Shown in pieces: positions 7,903-16,873 of a DNA stretch of 17,212 nt. The stretch is from an uncultured Fibrobacterales bacterium (GTDB lineage Bacteria; Fibrobacterota; Fibrobacteria; Fibrobacterales; CAWVXU01), in assembly GCA_963934255.1 (NCBI GenBank), contig CAWVXU010000059.1:1-17212 (forward strand). The letters are read 5' to 3'. The position numbers were made by a program, and so were the translations under genes. Below the pieces are notes generated by a model. It was not told where the DNA came from, ran no database searches, and saw nothing but the letters and a program-made list of their open reading frames with translations. Within the stretch, counting starts at the first letter, position 1. Each line of letters begins with the position of its first letter.

Positions 7903-10900
7903 TTAACTTTCTATATTCTTGTTTTTGCGGTTAGCCCACCACTCTTGCAATCCAAAGTCAAGCTGCATCATCGTTGGGACAACAATAAGAGTCAAGAAAG
8001 TAGCAAATACTAATCCATAGATCACGGCTTTAGCCATTGACTCCCACATGACTGCAGACTCTGAGGCCCATATAATAGAGAGAGTAAAGAAATCAAAGCT
8101 GACTCCTATTGCCATAGGGAGAAGTCCTAGTACAGTAGTGATAGCTGTGAGTAGCACGGGACGAAGCCTAGTTCGGCCTGCATGACGAATCGCCTCACCA
8201 TAGGGCATCCCGTCTCTAATTAATAAATTTGTATAATCAATGAGTACAATGGCGTTGTTCACCACCACACCTGCGAGTGAAATTATCCCAATACCCGACA
8301 TGATAATTCCAAATGTTCCACCGGTTAAAGCAAGTCCCCAAAATACTCCACCGAGTGATAGGAAAACTGATGCAAGTATAATCAGTGGTTGCGAAATCGA
8401 ATTAAACTGAACGATGAGAAGAATAGCAATAAGAAAAATAGCAATCCCAAAAGCTTGACCTAAGAATGCAGAGGCCTCATCTTGGCTTTGTTCGCCTTCA
8501 CCTTTTCCAAGATAATATCCAGTCGGAATTTCAATAGCTTTGACTCGTTCATCAATTGCTTTTTTGATATCAGATTTGGTTTCTACATCATCTTTAAAAT
8601 CAGCCCAGACTTCCACGGAACGTGTTAAGTTTTTACGCTTAATTACACCAGGTCCAGCTTGTTGTTTAATTGAAGCTATAGAACTTAGCGGAACTCTCTT
8701 GCCTTCGTGTACAATTTCTAGAGTATGTAAGTCAGGGATCTCATCTCGGTATTCTTTTTGATAACGAGTAACAATATCGTATTCATCTTTTCCTTCACGA
8801 TATTTACCCATGATACCACCATGCATGGCTTGTCGAATTGTATTGGCAACTTGAACGGTTCTGACTCCGAGTCTAGCTGCTTTGTCACGGTCGATCTCAA
8901 CTCTGATTTCGGGCTTGCCTTCTTCATAATCAAAGTCAACTAATTTGAATTCTGGATATTCTTTAATGATGTTGAGAACTTGAGTAGCTATAACACCAAT
9001 TGTTGCATAATCTTCACCAATGACCTCAAAAGATACTGGGTGACCTGTTGGTGGCCCGCCTTGAACTTCAGTGACTTTGATTTTGGCACCTGTAAAGTTT
9101 TTGAGCATTTCTTTAGTCTCTTCTAAAGTGGGAGCAGCCCATGCATCTAGTGAGTCCTTTTCACCAAAAGTTTTAAAGCCAAGTCGAATGGTTGCTTTGT
9201 GTGACTCATTACCTTGAGCGCCTTCACCGGCACCTCGTCCAATAGTGGTTTGGAAGTTATCCAGAGACATAAGGTTTTTAAGTCGGGGTAGCAAACCTTC
9301 AATCACCATGACAGTGGAATCTGTGAATCCCACAGGACTACCTTGAGCAGTTTCAATTTCAATAGTACCGGCTTGGGGGTCAGATGATGGAAAGAACACT
9401 GGCTCACTGCCGATAACTCCATATACGATAAAAGCACTAAAGACCGAAAGAAATCCCGTAAGGATTGTTTTGAAAGGATTATTGAGAGCCCATTCTAATA
9501 ACTTTAAATAGAAGTCCTGTAGCTTAGAAAATGCCTTGCCACCTTGAGCGACATCAACTTTACTTGGTTTTAAAAAGCGGCTACAAAATACAGGGTTTAA
9601 AGTCAGTCCTACAATTAGAGATGCACTTAAAACGATAATGACAGTCTTAGGTATATAGCCCATGAATTCACCCATGATACCCGGCATAAATATAATTGGA
9701 AAAAATGCAAGAATAGTTGTCATAGTTGAAGCGATGATAGGCGTGGCGACTTCTTTGGTTCCATCAATAGAAGCTTGAGCTACGGTTTTGCCAAGTGAGG
9801 AATGTCTATAAATGTTTTCAACAATCACAATTCCGTTGTCAACTAACATCCCAAGAGCTAGAACTAAAGAAAAAAGGACCACCATGTTCAGTGTAATTCC
9901 AAATATCTGCAGTACAAAGAAGGAAATAAGCATGGAGAATGGAATGGCCATTCCTACGAAAAGTGCGTTTACGATACCAAGAAAAAAGAAAGTTACTACC
10001 CATACAAGTACAAGTCCTGTGAGAATATTGTTTTCCAAATCAGAAACCATATTTTTGATATTACGGGATTCATCATGAGAGTAAACAATTCCAGTGCCGT
10101 GAGGAAACTGTAATCGTTCCTTTGCCACAATTTTTTTGATGTCATCTGTCATACGTAACAGATTTTCACCAGAGCGTTTAGTGACACTTAAAGAGATAGC
10201 TGGTGTGCCATCAAGTCGAGAAACCGTTTCTGGATCTTTATAAGTAAAAGCGACTTTGGCAAAGTCACCTAGACGGAACTTTTTGCTCTTGTTGGAGACT
10301 AGGATATCTTGAAAATATTTAGGGTCCTTTATTTCTCCTGTGACACTGAGTACAAATTTGGTGCGTTCATTTCTAAGCTCGCCTCCGGGGATTGTTTTGT
10401 GCTCATCTCCAATTGCTTTGGATATGTCTTCAAAACTCAAACCAAAGTATTGCATACGAGCAGGGTCTACCGTAATGGCGACTTCTTTTTCAAGTTTACC
10501 AGCAATTTTCACATCAAGGACACCTGGAACTCGCTTAAAAAGCTCTTCTAAGCGATCTGCAGTTTTTTCAATGATTTCAAGACCATCAGAATTTGAGAGT
10601 ACTGCAATGAAGACGGGCATGTCGGCCATGTTGAGTTCTTTGACAAAGGGCTCTTCTGCATCAGCTGGCAGTTTTGCTTTGGCAACATCTACTTTTTCAC
10701 GGATTCGGCGGAGGGCTGTTTCTACTTCTACATCTGAATTAAATTCAACATCAATAGCACTTAAGCCAAGTTTAGATGTTGACTTAATAGTTTTAACACC
10801 CTCTGTTCCTTCAATCTCTTCCTCGATACGCTTGGTAACGAGGACTTCCATATCTGAGGCTGACACCCCCATATAAACTGTGTTGATGAAAATTCGTGGC

Positions 10901-11016
10901 TGTTTAACTTCAGGGGCAGATTCCCTTGGAAGTTGGAGGTAGGAAGATAAACCTACAATCACAATTAAGAATGAGAAGACAAAAACTGCCTGCCAGCGAT
11001 TGACAATAAAATTCAT
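7903..11016 (-). CDS. RND efflux transporter permease subunit (AcrB/AcrD/AcrF family)
   Basis: 1037 aa with the RND layout of two repeats of TM + large periplasmic loop + 5 TM. Motifs: LPRESAPEV, AIPFSML, LGMLVDNGIVIVENI, GVVVNNAIVLID and RLRPVLLTAITTVLGLLPMA. Confidence 0.96.
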   Translation of the reverse strand: MNFIVNRWQAVFVFSFLIVIVGLSSYLQLPRESAPEVKQPRIFINTVYMGVSASDMEVLVTKRIEEEIEGTEGVKTIKSTSKLGLSAIDVEFNSDVEVETALRRIREKVDVAKAKLPADAEEPFVKELNMADMPVFIAVLSNSDGLEIIEKTADRLEELFKRVPGVLDVKIAGKLEKEVAITVDPARMQYFGLSFEDISKAIGDEHKTIPGGELRNERTKFVLSVTGEIKDPKYFQDILVSNKSKKFRLGDFAKVAFTYKDPETVSRLDGTPAISLSVTKRSGENLLRMTDDIKKIVAKERLQFPHGTGIVYSHDESRNIKNMVSDLENNILTGLVLVWVVTFFFLGIVNALFVGMAIPFSMLISFFVLQIFGITLNMVVLFSLVLALGMLVDNGIVIVENIYRHSSLGKTVAQASIDGTKEVATPIIASTMTTILAFFPIIFMPGIMGEFMGYIPKTVIIVLSASLIVGLTLNPVFCSRFLKPSKVDVAQGGKAFSKLQDFYLKLLEWALNNPFKTILTGFLSVFSAFIVYGVIGSEPVFFPSSDPQAGTIEIETAQGSPVGFTDSTVMVIEGLLPRLKNLMSLDNFQTTIGRGAGEGAQGNESHKATIRLGFKTFGEKDSLDAWAAPTLEETKEMLKNFTGAKIKVTEVQGGPPTGHPVSFEVIGEDYATIGVIATQVLNIIKEYPEFKLVDFDYEEGKPEIRVEIDRDKAARLGVRTVQVANTIRQAMHGGIMGKYREGKDEYDIVTRYQKEYRDEIPDLHTLEIVHEGKRVPLSSIASIKQQAGPGVIKRKNLTRSVEVWADFKDDVETKSDIKKAIDERVKAIEIPTGYYLGKGEGEQSQDEASAFLGQAFGIAIFLIAILLIVQFNSISQPLIILASVFLSLGGVFWGLALTGGTFGIIMSGIGIISLAGVVVNNAIVLIDYTNLLIRDGMPYGEAIRHAGRTRLRPVLLTAITTVLGLLPMAIGVSFDFFTLSIIWASESAVMWESMAKAVIYGLVFATFLTLIVVPTMMQLDFGLQEWWANRKNKNIES

Positions 11017-12116
11017 TTGCTTGTCGCCCCAGGAATCGTGGTGGTTTCATTGAATTCTTTAATTCTCAAAAGTGAACCATTGGCCAAACGATGTTGGTTC
11101 GTTATGATGAGAAGGTCACCTTCTTTAATATCACCTGTAATTTGAGAATGAGTTTGATTAGATGATGAAATAATTATTTCTTTTTTAATTGACTTGTTGT
11201 CTTCTGCGATCATTATGGCATTTGACTTAGCGAAGTTTAAAATAGACGAATTTGGGATTACCCATTGTGACAGACGTTTTTTACCAAATACTTGAACCTT
11301 GATTGACTCTCCGATTTGAACCGGGTGTTTTTTTGGATTAGTCATTCTTATATCAGCTTGGAATGTTCTTGTTTGAGGGTCTATAATTGCCGCTAAGTAG
11401 TTTATTTTTGCTTTGACTTGATGGCCGTTATTTAGGGTCACCAATACTTGACTTCCTTTAGAGTATTCTCTGATAAGATTTTCGGAAACACCAAAGTGTA
11501 GTTTGATTGAATTGGAATTAACTACGGTATAAGTATTGGAGCCGGGACTGATTGTTTGATTACTCTGAATATATTTGGCCCCAATACGTCCTGAAATAGG
11601 AGAAGCGCAAATGGCTTCATTATAGGTTTTTTGTGCCATGAGTTGAGCTTGTTTGGATTGTAATAATTTAACCTTAGCTTGGTTAAGCATAACCTTTGAA
11701 CCAGTGGTGCTTGCAAGATGTTGTTCTTGGCGTGAGTATTCATTTTCGGCTAAGCCTTGTTGAGCGATAGAAAGTTCCAAGGCTGTTTTGTGAATCGCGG
11801 CATCAATGTCACAAAGCTTTTGGCCCTTCTTAACCCTCTCACCATTTTCAGCTAATGCAATGTTTACTTGACCACCCGAACTTGAAATCAGCTGTCCAAT
11901 ATCTATGGGGTGAGCTTCGGCAAAGAAAATTTGAGAGGTTTGGAAAGGACCTTTGGAAAGGATTTGAACTTCAACGGGCACAACTTGTTTTACTTCTTTA
12001 GGTAATATTTTTGTTTCATTGACTGTATCTTTACCACAGGCGACAAAAAAAAGTACGAAAATCAAGGCAAAACTCATACTGAGAATAGAATTTAATTTTG
12101 AAGTAGATTGAATCAT
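11013..12116 (-). CDS. RND efflux periplasmic adaptor (membrane fusion protein), probable lipoprotein
   Basis: Lipobox-like FFVA-C, lipoyl half-motifs GERVKKGQKL and ASPISGRI flanking a helical hairpin, IDPQTRTF, IPNSSI and IKEGDLLI. ATGA overlaps with both neighbours. Confidence 0.92.
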   Translation of the reverse strand: MIQSTSKLNSILSMSFALIFVLFFVACGKDTVNETKILPKEVKQVVPVEVQILSKGPFQTSQIFFAEAHPIDIGQLISSSGGQVNIALAENGERVKKGQKLCDIDAAIHKTALELSIAQQGLAENEYSRQEQHLASTTGSKVMLNQAKVKLLQSKQAQLMAQKTYNEAICASPISGRIGAKYIQSNQTISPGSNTYTVVNSNSIKLHFGVSENLIREYSKGSQVLVTLNNGHQVKAKINYLAAIIDPQTRTFQADIRMTNPKKHPVQIGESIKVQVFGKKRLSQWVIPNSSILNFAKSNAIMIAEDNKSIKKEIIISSSNQTHSQITGDIKEGDLLIITNQHRLANGSLLRIKEFNETTTIPGATSK

Positions 12117-13471
12117 TGGCCATCTCCTAAAGATTGTCCATTTAAAAATTGAAAATTAATCAGGCTCAGTAAGTATTCACTGCGGCTCATAGTGAGTTTA
12201 AAAGAAATTTCTTTAAGTTGTCTCTCTTGGTCTAATAGATCGCTGTATGTGATTTCGCCACGTTGTTGATCAGCTAGAGCTTGCTTGTATAGAGTCTTTG
12301 TGGCGGCTAGAGATAAAAGGCTGGCTTCAGTTTTTAATTTTAATGTGATAAGTTGACTAGCTAATAGCTTAGTTTGAATTTCTAATTCTCTTTTGGCTTG
12401 ATTCAAGTTCTCCTTTTGAATCTTACTTTCAAGTCTTGTCTCATTAGCTTTGGCAGTTACAGATCCTCCCATATAAACTGGGACACTCATTTTTACGCCG
12501 AGGTAATAATTGAAACGTTCACGATCAAAATATTCACTTGGAGCTTTAAAACGGTCATCAGGGTTGGCGTCGTAATAGTTGAAACCATTCTGAATACCTG
12601 CGATTAATCTAAGATTGGGCATGTGTTGGCTTTGGTTATAAGAAACCATTGTTTCGTTATATTGAATAAACTTGTCTTGAGTTTTGATTTGTAGGTTTTG
12701 TTGTTTGTTAATTGATTGTCTTTCAAGTTTGCTTATTTCATCTATTGGATTACTTAAATCATCAACTTGAAGGTCCTGTGCAGTCAAAAGATTGAGCGTT
12801 TCAAGTGAGGTGGCTAAATTATTTTGAGCTGACTTAAGTTCTGCTTGAGCAACTAAGGCATTGGCTTTGATTTGATTGAAGCTAGCTTGAGATAGGGCAC
12901 CTGTGTTGTGGTTAATTACTGCTGAATTAACTAGGGTGGTATTGGATTCGCTAATCTTTTGATTGAGGTCTAATTGATCTTTGGCTGCGTAAACATCTGT
13001 GTAGGCTTGTGCGATAGCAATCTTGATTTGCTCTTGACTTAGTTCTGACTGAAGCTTGAACGCTTGAATCTGTAATTTGGCACCATCTACGACTACTCCA
13101 AGCCTAAATACATTTAGAGTTTGTTCCATATGCAGGCCCCAACTATAATCCATAGACCTTTGACGTAAGGAAGGTTTTGGAAAAGCCGCCATTTGAGGAG
13201 ATTCTGTGGAAGATTTAGTTGAAGCCCAGGCGTGTTGTATTTGAGAATTAAAACTGACTTGTGGTAACGTCAATCCGACAACTTGATCAGCGATAGCTGA
13301 ATTTTTTTTTGCAGTATACTTAGCAGATTTGGATTGGTGACTATTTTCTATACCGGATTTATATAAATCTGAAAGGTCTAGGGCACTCAATTGAGTCATA
13401 CTCAAAAGACTAAGCCCTAGACTTAAAGATAAGCTTCGAGATAAAAGTTTGGTGAGGTGAGTAAAATTCAA
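12113..13471 (-). CDS. TolC-family outer membrane efflux protein
   Basis: Signal peptide and two repeats with LPQVSF / MPNLRL strands, plus IAQAYTDV, LGVKMSVPVYMGG and DLLDQERQL. First gene of the efflux operon; TTG start with an AGGAGA SD (13479-13484) 7 nt upstream. Confidence 0.88.
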   Translation of the reverse strand: MNFTHLTKLLSRSLSLSLGLSLLSMTQLSALDLSDLYKSGIENSHQSKSAKYTAKKNSAIADQVVGLTLPQVSFNSQIQHAWASTKSSTESPQMAAFPKPSLRQRSMDYSWGLHMEQTLNVFRLGVVVDGAKLQIQAFKLQSELSQEQIKIAIAQAYTDVYAAKDQLDLNQKISESNTTLVNSAVINHNTGALSQASFNQIKANALVAQAELKSAQNNLATSLETLNLLTAQDLQVDDLSNPIDEISKLERQSINKQQNLQIKTQDKFIQYNETMVSYNQSQHMPNLRLIAGIQNGFNYYDANPDDRFKAPSEYFDRERFNYYLGVKMSVPVYMGGSVTAKANETRLESKIQKENLNQAKRELEIQTKLLASQLITLKLKTEASLLSLAATKTLYKQALADQQRGEITYSDLLDQERQLKEISFKLTMSRSEYLLSLINFQFLNGQSLGDGQ

Positions 13472-13581
13472 ATTGAGTTCTCCTAATTCACCACTAAATT
13501 TAAGAAAAGGGGTGTTTTTTGGTTTAAACTAAAGCGCTGAACCCTGATAAAAGAACATAAAGTAGAGATAAGGTGTATATG

Positions 13582-14364
13582 TTAAGCTAGATGGCCTTGA
13601 TTCCAATCAATACATTCTGAAAATGTACAGCCTTCTCCCCCAAAAACATCCAAAGCAGAGCCTATAGTTAAATCAAGTTTACCTGATGATAGTTCATTGA
13701 TCAGTCGAAGGTCGTCAATATTTCTAGCGCCACCGGCATAGGTTGTTGGGATGCTAACACAGTTTGATAAAAACTTAATTAAGTCTTCGTCAATACCTTG
13801 TTGAAGTCCCTCAACATCGGCTGCGTGAATTAAGAATTCAGCACAATAGACCTCGAGCTTGGAGATTAAATCTGCTGTGATTAAAGTTGAAGTGACTGTT
13901 TGCCAGCGATTGGTGGCTACAGCCCAGCCTTCTTCAACACGTCGACAACTTAGATCTATGACGAGTCGGTCTTTACCTGTGATGGCGACCATTTCTTCTA
14001 ATCTAGACCATGAGAATTGATTTTTTTCAAATAAAAATGAAGTCACTATCAAGTGAGACGCTCCAAAATCAAGCCATTTTTGTGCGTTGGAAGGATTAAT
14101 ACCTCCACCTATTTGTAAATGACCCGGCCAAGCCTCAAGTGCATTTTGAGCGGCAACGTCATTTCCCGGGCCTAGTTTGATGATATGGCCACCACTGGCT
14201 TGATTTTTAGCATAAAGTTTTGCGTACCAAGAACTAGGTTTCTCTGAAGTAAAATTAGTTTTAAGCTCGCCCTGATTATCAGAGAGAGTTCCTCCAACAA
14301 TTTGTTTTACCTCTCCATTATGAAGGTCAATACAAGGTCTAAATTTTGAAAAAACTTTGATCAT
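13582..14364 (-). CDS. hisA: ProFAR isomerase (phosphoribosylformimino-5-aminoimidazole carboxamide ribotide isomerase), eukaryotic His6-type
   Basis: FRPCIDLHNGEVKQIVGGTL, TNFTSEKPSSWYAKLY, GGHIIKLGPGN, LQIGGGI, IVTSFLF, LVIDLSCRR, EFLIHAADVEG, TYAGG and DLTIGSALDVFGG are all hallmarks of the yeast/plant His6-type enzyme. Confidence 0.95.
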   Translation of the reverse strand: MIKVFSKFRPCIDLHNGEVKQIVGGTLSDNQGELKTNFTSEKPSSWYAKLYAKNQASGGHIIKLGPGNDVAAQNALEAWPGHLQIGGGINPSNAQKWLDFGASHLIVTSFLFEKNQFSWSRLEEMVAITGKDRLVIDLSCRRVEEGWAVATNRWQTVTSTLITADLISKLEVYCAEFLIHAADVEGLQQGIDEDLIKFLSNCVSIPTTYAGGARNIDDLRLINELSSGKLDLTIGSALDVFGGEGCTFSECIDWNQGHLA

Positions 14365-14368
14365 GTGT

Positions 14369-15397
14369 TTAATCTTTTACTACAAATCTCAAGTAGTCAA
14401 TAGGTCCTTTTTCAGAAGTCGCTTGACCTCCGCAGAGAACCACCTTACCACCTAAGATTTTCTTGGCAGCCCATCTAGCGAAATTACCATCAATATTGTC
14501 TAGAGGAGAGTAGCACAGCTTGTGAGATGAAGAAGTGAAGATATAAGTTTCTAAATTATCCCACTCAGTGGTGAGTGTTTTCTTTTGGATGCTGACTTTA
14601 GCGGGGCGCAGTACATGGGACTCACCGTCTTTAAATTCTATTGCATAGCCAAAATGACCACGTCCGAAATCCTTAGTAGCAGTCCCTAGGCGGCCAGCAA
14701 TACTTGCTGAAGGGGATGAAAATATAGCCGCATCATTTGTGGTTTCAGTGCTCATTTTAGTAGAAACGATATGATCCATATAAGCATAACCTTTGACACT
14801 AATAGTGTCTTCGCCATATGCGATACGGCCTTCTACTTGTCCATAAGGGATGTGGATAAATTGCTGGTAGGTTGCTTTTTCTTTTCCATTTAACTTCCAA
14901 GTACCATTTCCTGGTACTTTACCTGGAATTGCATTGATAAATTTCATATCCAAAAAATAGCCCTTACCTTTGTCGGTTGAAAACAATACTTCATGGCCTT
15001 TTTTAGGAAGTCCTTTCATATGGAAAAGTGACTTGCCTGATTTGATTGAAAGAGTTTGATTGGCAGCATCTTGTTTGAATCGTTCTTTGGGGTATTCCCG
15101 AGCGACGGCCTTTTTCTTACCATGAAAATTATGCAAAGTCAGATCTACACCTGTTTTAAGACCTTTGGTTGGAATATTTGCGCGACTGAAATTGACCCAG
15201 GCTTTCATACCATTGGTAAATACGAACTGATAAGACCAGTTTTCTGTAAATCCATCACCCGAAGTAGAGTGGAAAAGGTAATCAGTAGAGGTGAGAGATC
15301 GTTCATCACCATCTGGGGCGGTTACAGCAGTATAGGCCACCGAAGCCATAAGAGCGATAGGAACAAAAATCCTAAAAAGTTTAGGTGCAATAGACAT
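14369..15397 (-). CDS. Secreted hypothetical protein, possible AttH/CrtC/Svf1-like (lipocalin-like beta-barrel) fold
   Basis: Signal peptide (MSIAPKLFRIFVPIALMASVAYTA) and a strong AGGAGG SD at 15405-15410. The sequence is beta-rich, with ENWSYQFVFTNG and VEGRIAYGEDTISVKGYAYMDH resembling the EWWYF and G..V.G.GY.DH patterns of AttH-like proteins. The fold call is tentative. Confidence 0.55.
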   Translation of the reverse strand: MSIAPKLFRIFVPIALMASVAYTAVTAPDGDERSLTSTDYLFHSTSGDGFTENWSYQFVFTNGMKAWVNFSRANIPTKGLKTGVDLTLHNFHGKKKAVAREYPKERFKQDAANQTLSIKSGKSLFHMKGLPKKGHEVLFSTDKGKGYFLDMKFINAIPGKVPGNGTWKLNGKEKATYQQFIHIPYGQVEGRIAYGEDTISVKGYAYMDHIVSTKMSTETTNDAAIFSSPSASIAGRLGTATKDFGRGHFGYAIEFKDGESHVLRPAKVSIQKKTLTTEWDNLETYIFTSSSHKLCYSPLDNIDGNFARWAAKKILGGKVVLCGGQATSEKGPIDYLRFVVKD

Positions 15398-15550
15398 GAG
15401 TGAGCCTCCTGTATTTCAAACTAGACAAATTGTAGCTAAAAATCCACGAAGTTTCGGGAATATGCTCTCAGGCTTTCATTTGAAAACAGTTTTTGGTAAA
15501 TTCATGTGATGAAGAACATAGATTATCTACAAATCCAGTATTTCCAATCC

Positions 15551-16870
15551 ATGAAAGCCTTTAATTCATTAATTAAAGGCAGCGTGGCCTCCCTTTGTCT
15601 TTTGTTGAATTTTGGTTATGCTCAAGAGTATTGTGAGTACAATGGGTCGATTATTGATGCCAGAATCTTGACTGGAAATCATGCGACTCATCCTGATGTT
15701 ATTCAAAGGGAGTTAGACCCGAGTAGTGTTTTTCAATGTGATACTTGGACTTCAGAAAAAAACAGATTAGAGTCACTTGGCATCTTTGGTGAAGTGACAC
15801 TTCATATAAAGACATTAAATATTAAATCAAATCAAGTTACCTTAGAATATCAATTTAAAGAACTCAAACCTTGGCTCCCCATCCCTACATTAAAAAAGTC
15901 TGATCAAGTGGGTTGGATGATTGGCCCTGGTATTGCTGCAGTAAATTTATTGGGACGCGATATTTTTGTCCAAGCATTTTATCGCACCGACGTCTATCCG
16001 AAACTCAATACAACAGATGAGTTTCTTATCGCTGTTCAATCGCCATATGTCGGAGACATACCGTTTGAGTATTCTTTTGGTTGGCTCAAACTCAACACCA
16101 TGAACTTAAATAAAGACTTTGAAGAAAATTCACATGATATTCAATTTTCTGGAAAATACCCCATTTGGTCTGAACTCCAAGTAGTGATGTTAGGCAACGC
16201 CTATCTTGTGGGAAGAAATGCAGACCCACGATTTGCTCGTAGTGAGGGTACTTCTAAATCCTTGGGTATGGGAGCTGGGCTTGCTTGGGATAGTCGAGAT
16301 AATTTAACCAATCCTCGTGGAGGTTTTTACAACGAAGTGAGTTTTACCAAATTAGGTGGTAAATTCCTTCAAGGTAATGAGTCTGATTTTTCTGAAACAC
16401 TGTGGGATTTTCAGGCCTATCAATCTTTTAATAAGCATATATTTCTTAGTGTCAATTTACTCAGATGGAGAAATGGAAAAGTCCCATTTTATGAAACTTT
16501 TGAGACCGGTGGTGCTAATAGCTTTAGGGCGTGGTTACCCGGGCCAAATCACAGTGGTGAATCAGAACTATTGTTAAATTTAGAATATCGTTATGAATTG
16601 GTTCCGAAGACAAGTAAGATGATTCCCTATATTGACCAATCATTTTATTGGGGTTTGCAGCCGGTGCTTGGTTATGAAATAATTAACCTATGGTCCCAAA
16701 AAAGCCAAGGTAATGAGATAGCCCAAGCTTATTATGGTGGTGTTCATATTTTACTGCCCGCTTTAAATCGGTTAAGGGTTGAATTTGGGTCCGAAGTAAG
16801 TCGACTAGAAATTGTCACTCAAATAGGGCTATTTGAAAAGTCAGAAACTAGTCGTTGGAGAATTCGTTAA
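15551..16870 (+). CDS. Omp85 (BamA/TamA superfamily) outer membrane protein with a single POTRA domain
   Basis: The ATG at 15551 gives a signal peptide (MKAFNSLIKGSVASLCLLLNFGYA|QE); the ORF track starts at 15506. POTRA motifs GNHATHPDVIQREL and RLESLGIFGEV. Barrel motifs NLLGR, WDSRDNLTNPRGG, GGANSFRAW and NLEYRY. Confidence 0.82.
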   Translation: MKAFNSLIKGSVASLCLLLNFGYAQEYCEYNGSIIDARILTGNHATHPDVIQRELDPSSVFQCDTWTSEKNRLESLGIFGEVTLHIKTLNIKSNQVTLEYQFKELKPWLPIPTLKKSDQVGWMIGPGIAAVNLLGRDIFVQAFYRTDVYPKLNTTDEFLIAVQSPYVGDIPFEYSFGWLKLNTMNLNKDFEENSHDIQFSGKYPIWSELQVVMLGNAYLVGRNADPRFARSEGTSKSLGMGAGLAWDSRDNLTNPRGGFYNEVSFTKLGGKFLQGNESDFSETLWDFQAYQSFNKHIFLSVNLLRWRNGKVPFYETFETGGANSFRAWLPGPNHSGESELLLNLEYRYELVPKTSKMIPYIDQSFYWGLQPVLGYEIINLWSQKSQGNEIAQAYYGGVHILLPALNRLRVEFGSEVSRLEIVTQIGLFEKSETSRWRIR

Positions 16871-16873
16871 ATA

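Noticed and set aside
8240..9850. RND proton-relay residues differ from AcrB (VDNG instead of VDDA; VNNA instead of AKNA)
   Set aside because: The DN/NN pattern is common in a large group of bacterial RND permeases, so it is not evidence of inactivation or novelty.
10340..10876. 178-aa + strand ORF inside the RND gene
   Set aside because: It is fully antisense to a well-conserved gene. Its Ser/Thr-rich translation is the expected shadow of the sense codons, and it has no recognisable motif.
13472..13581. Possible operator or terminator upstream of tolC (TAAATTTA and GTTTAAAC palindromes, GGGGTG followed by a T-run)
   Set aside because: These are only 8-bp AT-rich palindromes, expected by chance here, and no hairpin precedes the T-run on the relevant strand.
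573..16577. Other short ORF-track entries (573-794, 712-942, 1130-1333, 2900-3094, 7535-7729, 8540-8761, 8718-8939, 8758-8943, 9812-10078, 10309-10551, 11522-11743, 12398-12607, 15056-15403, 16356-16577)
   Set aside because: All overlap confident CDSs in another frame or strand and show no family motifs. They are treated as spurious.
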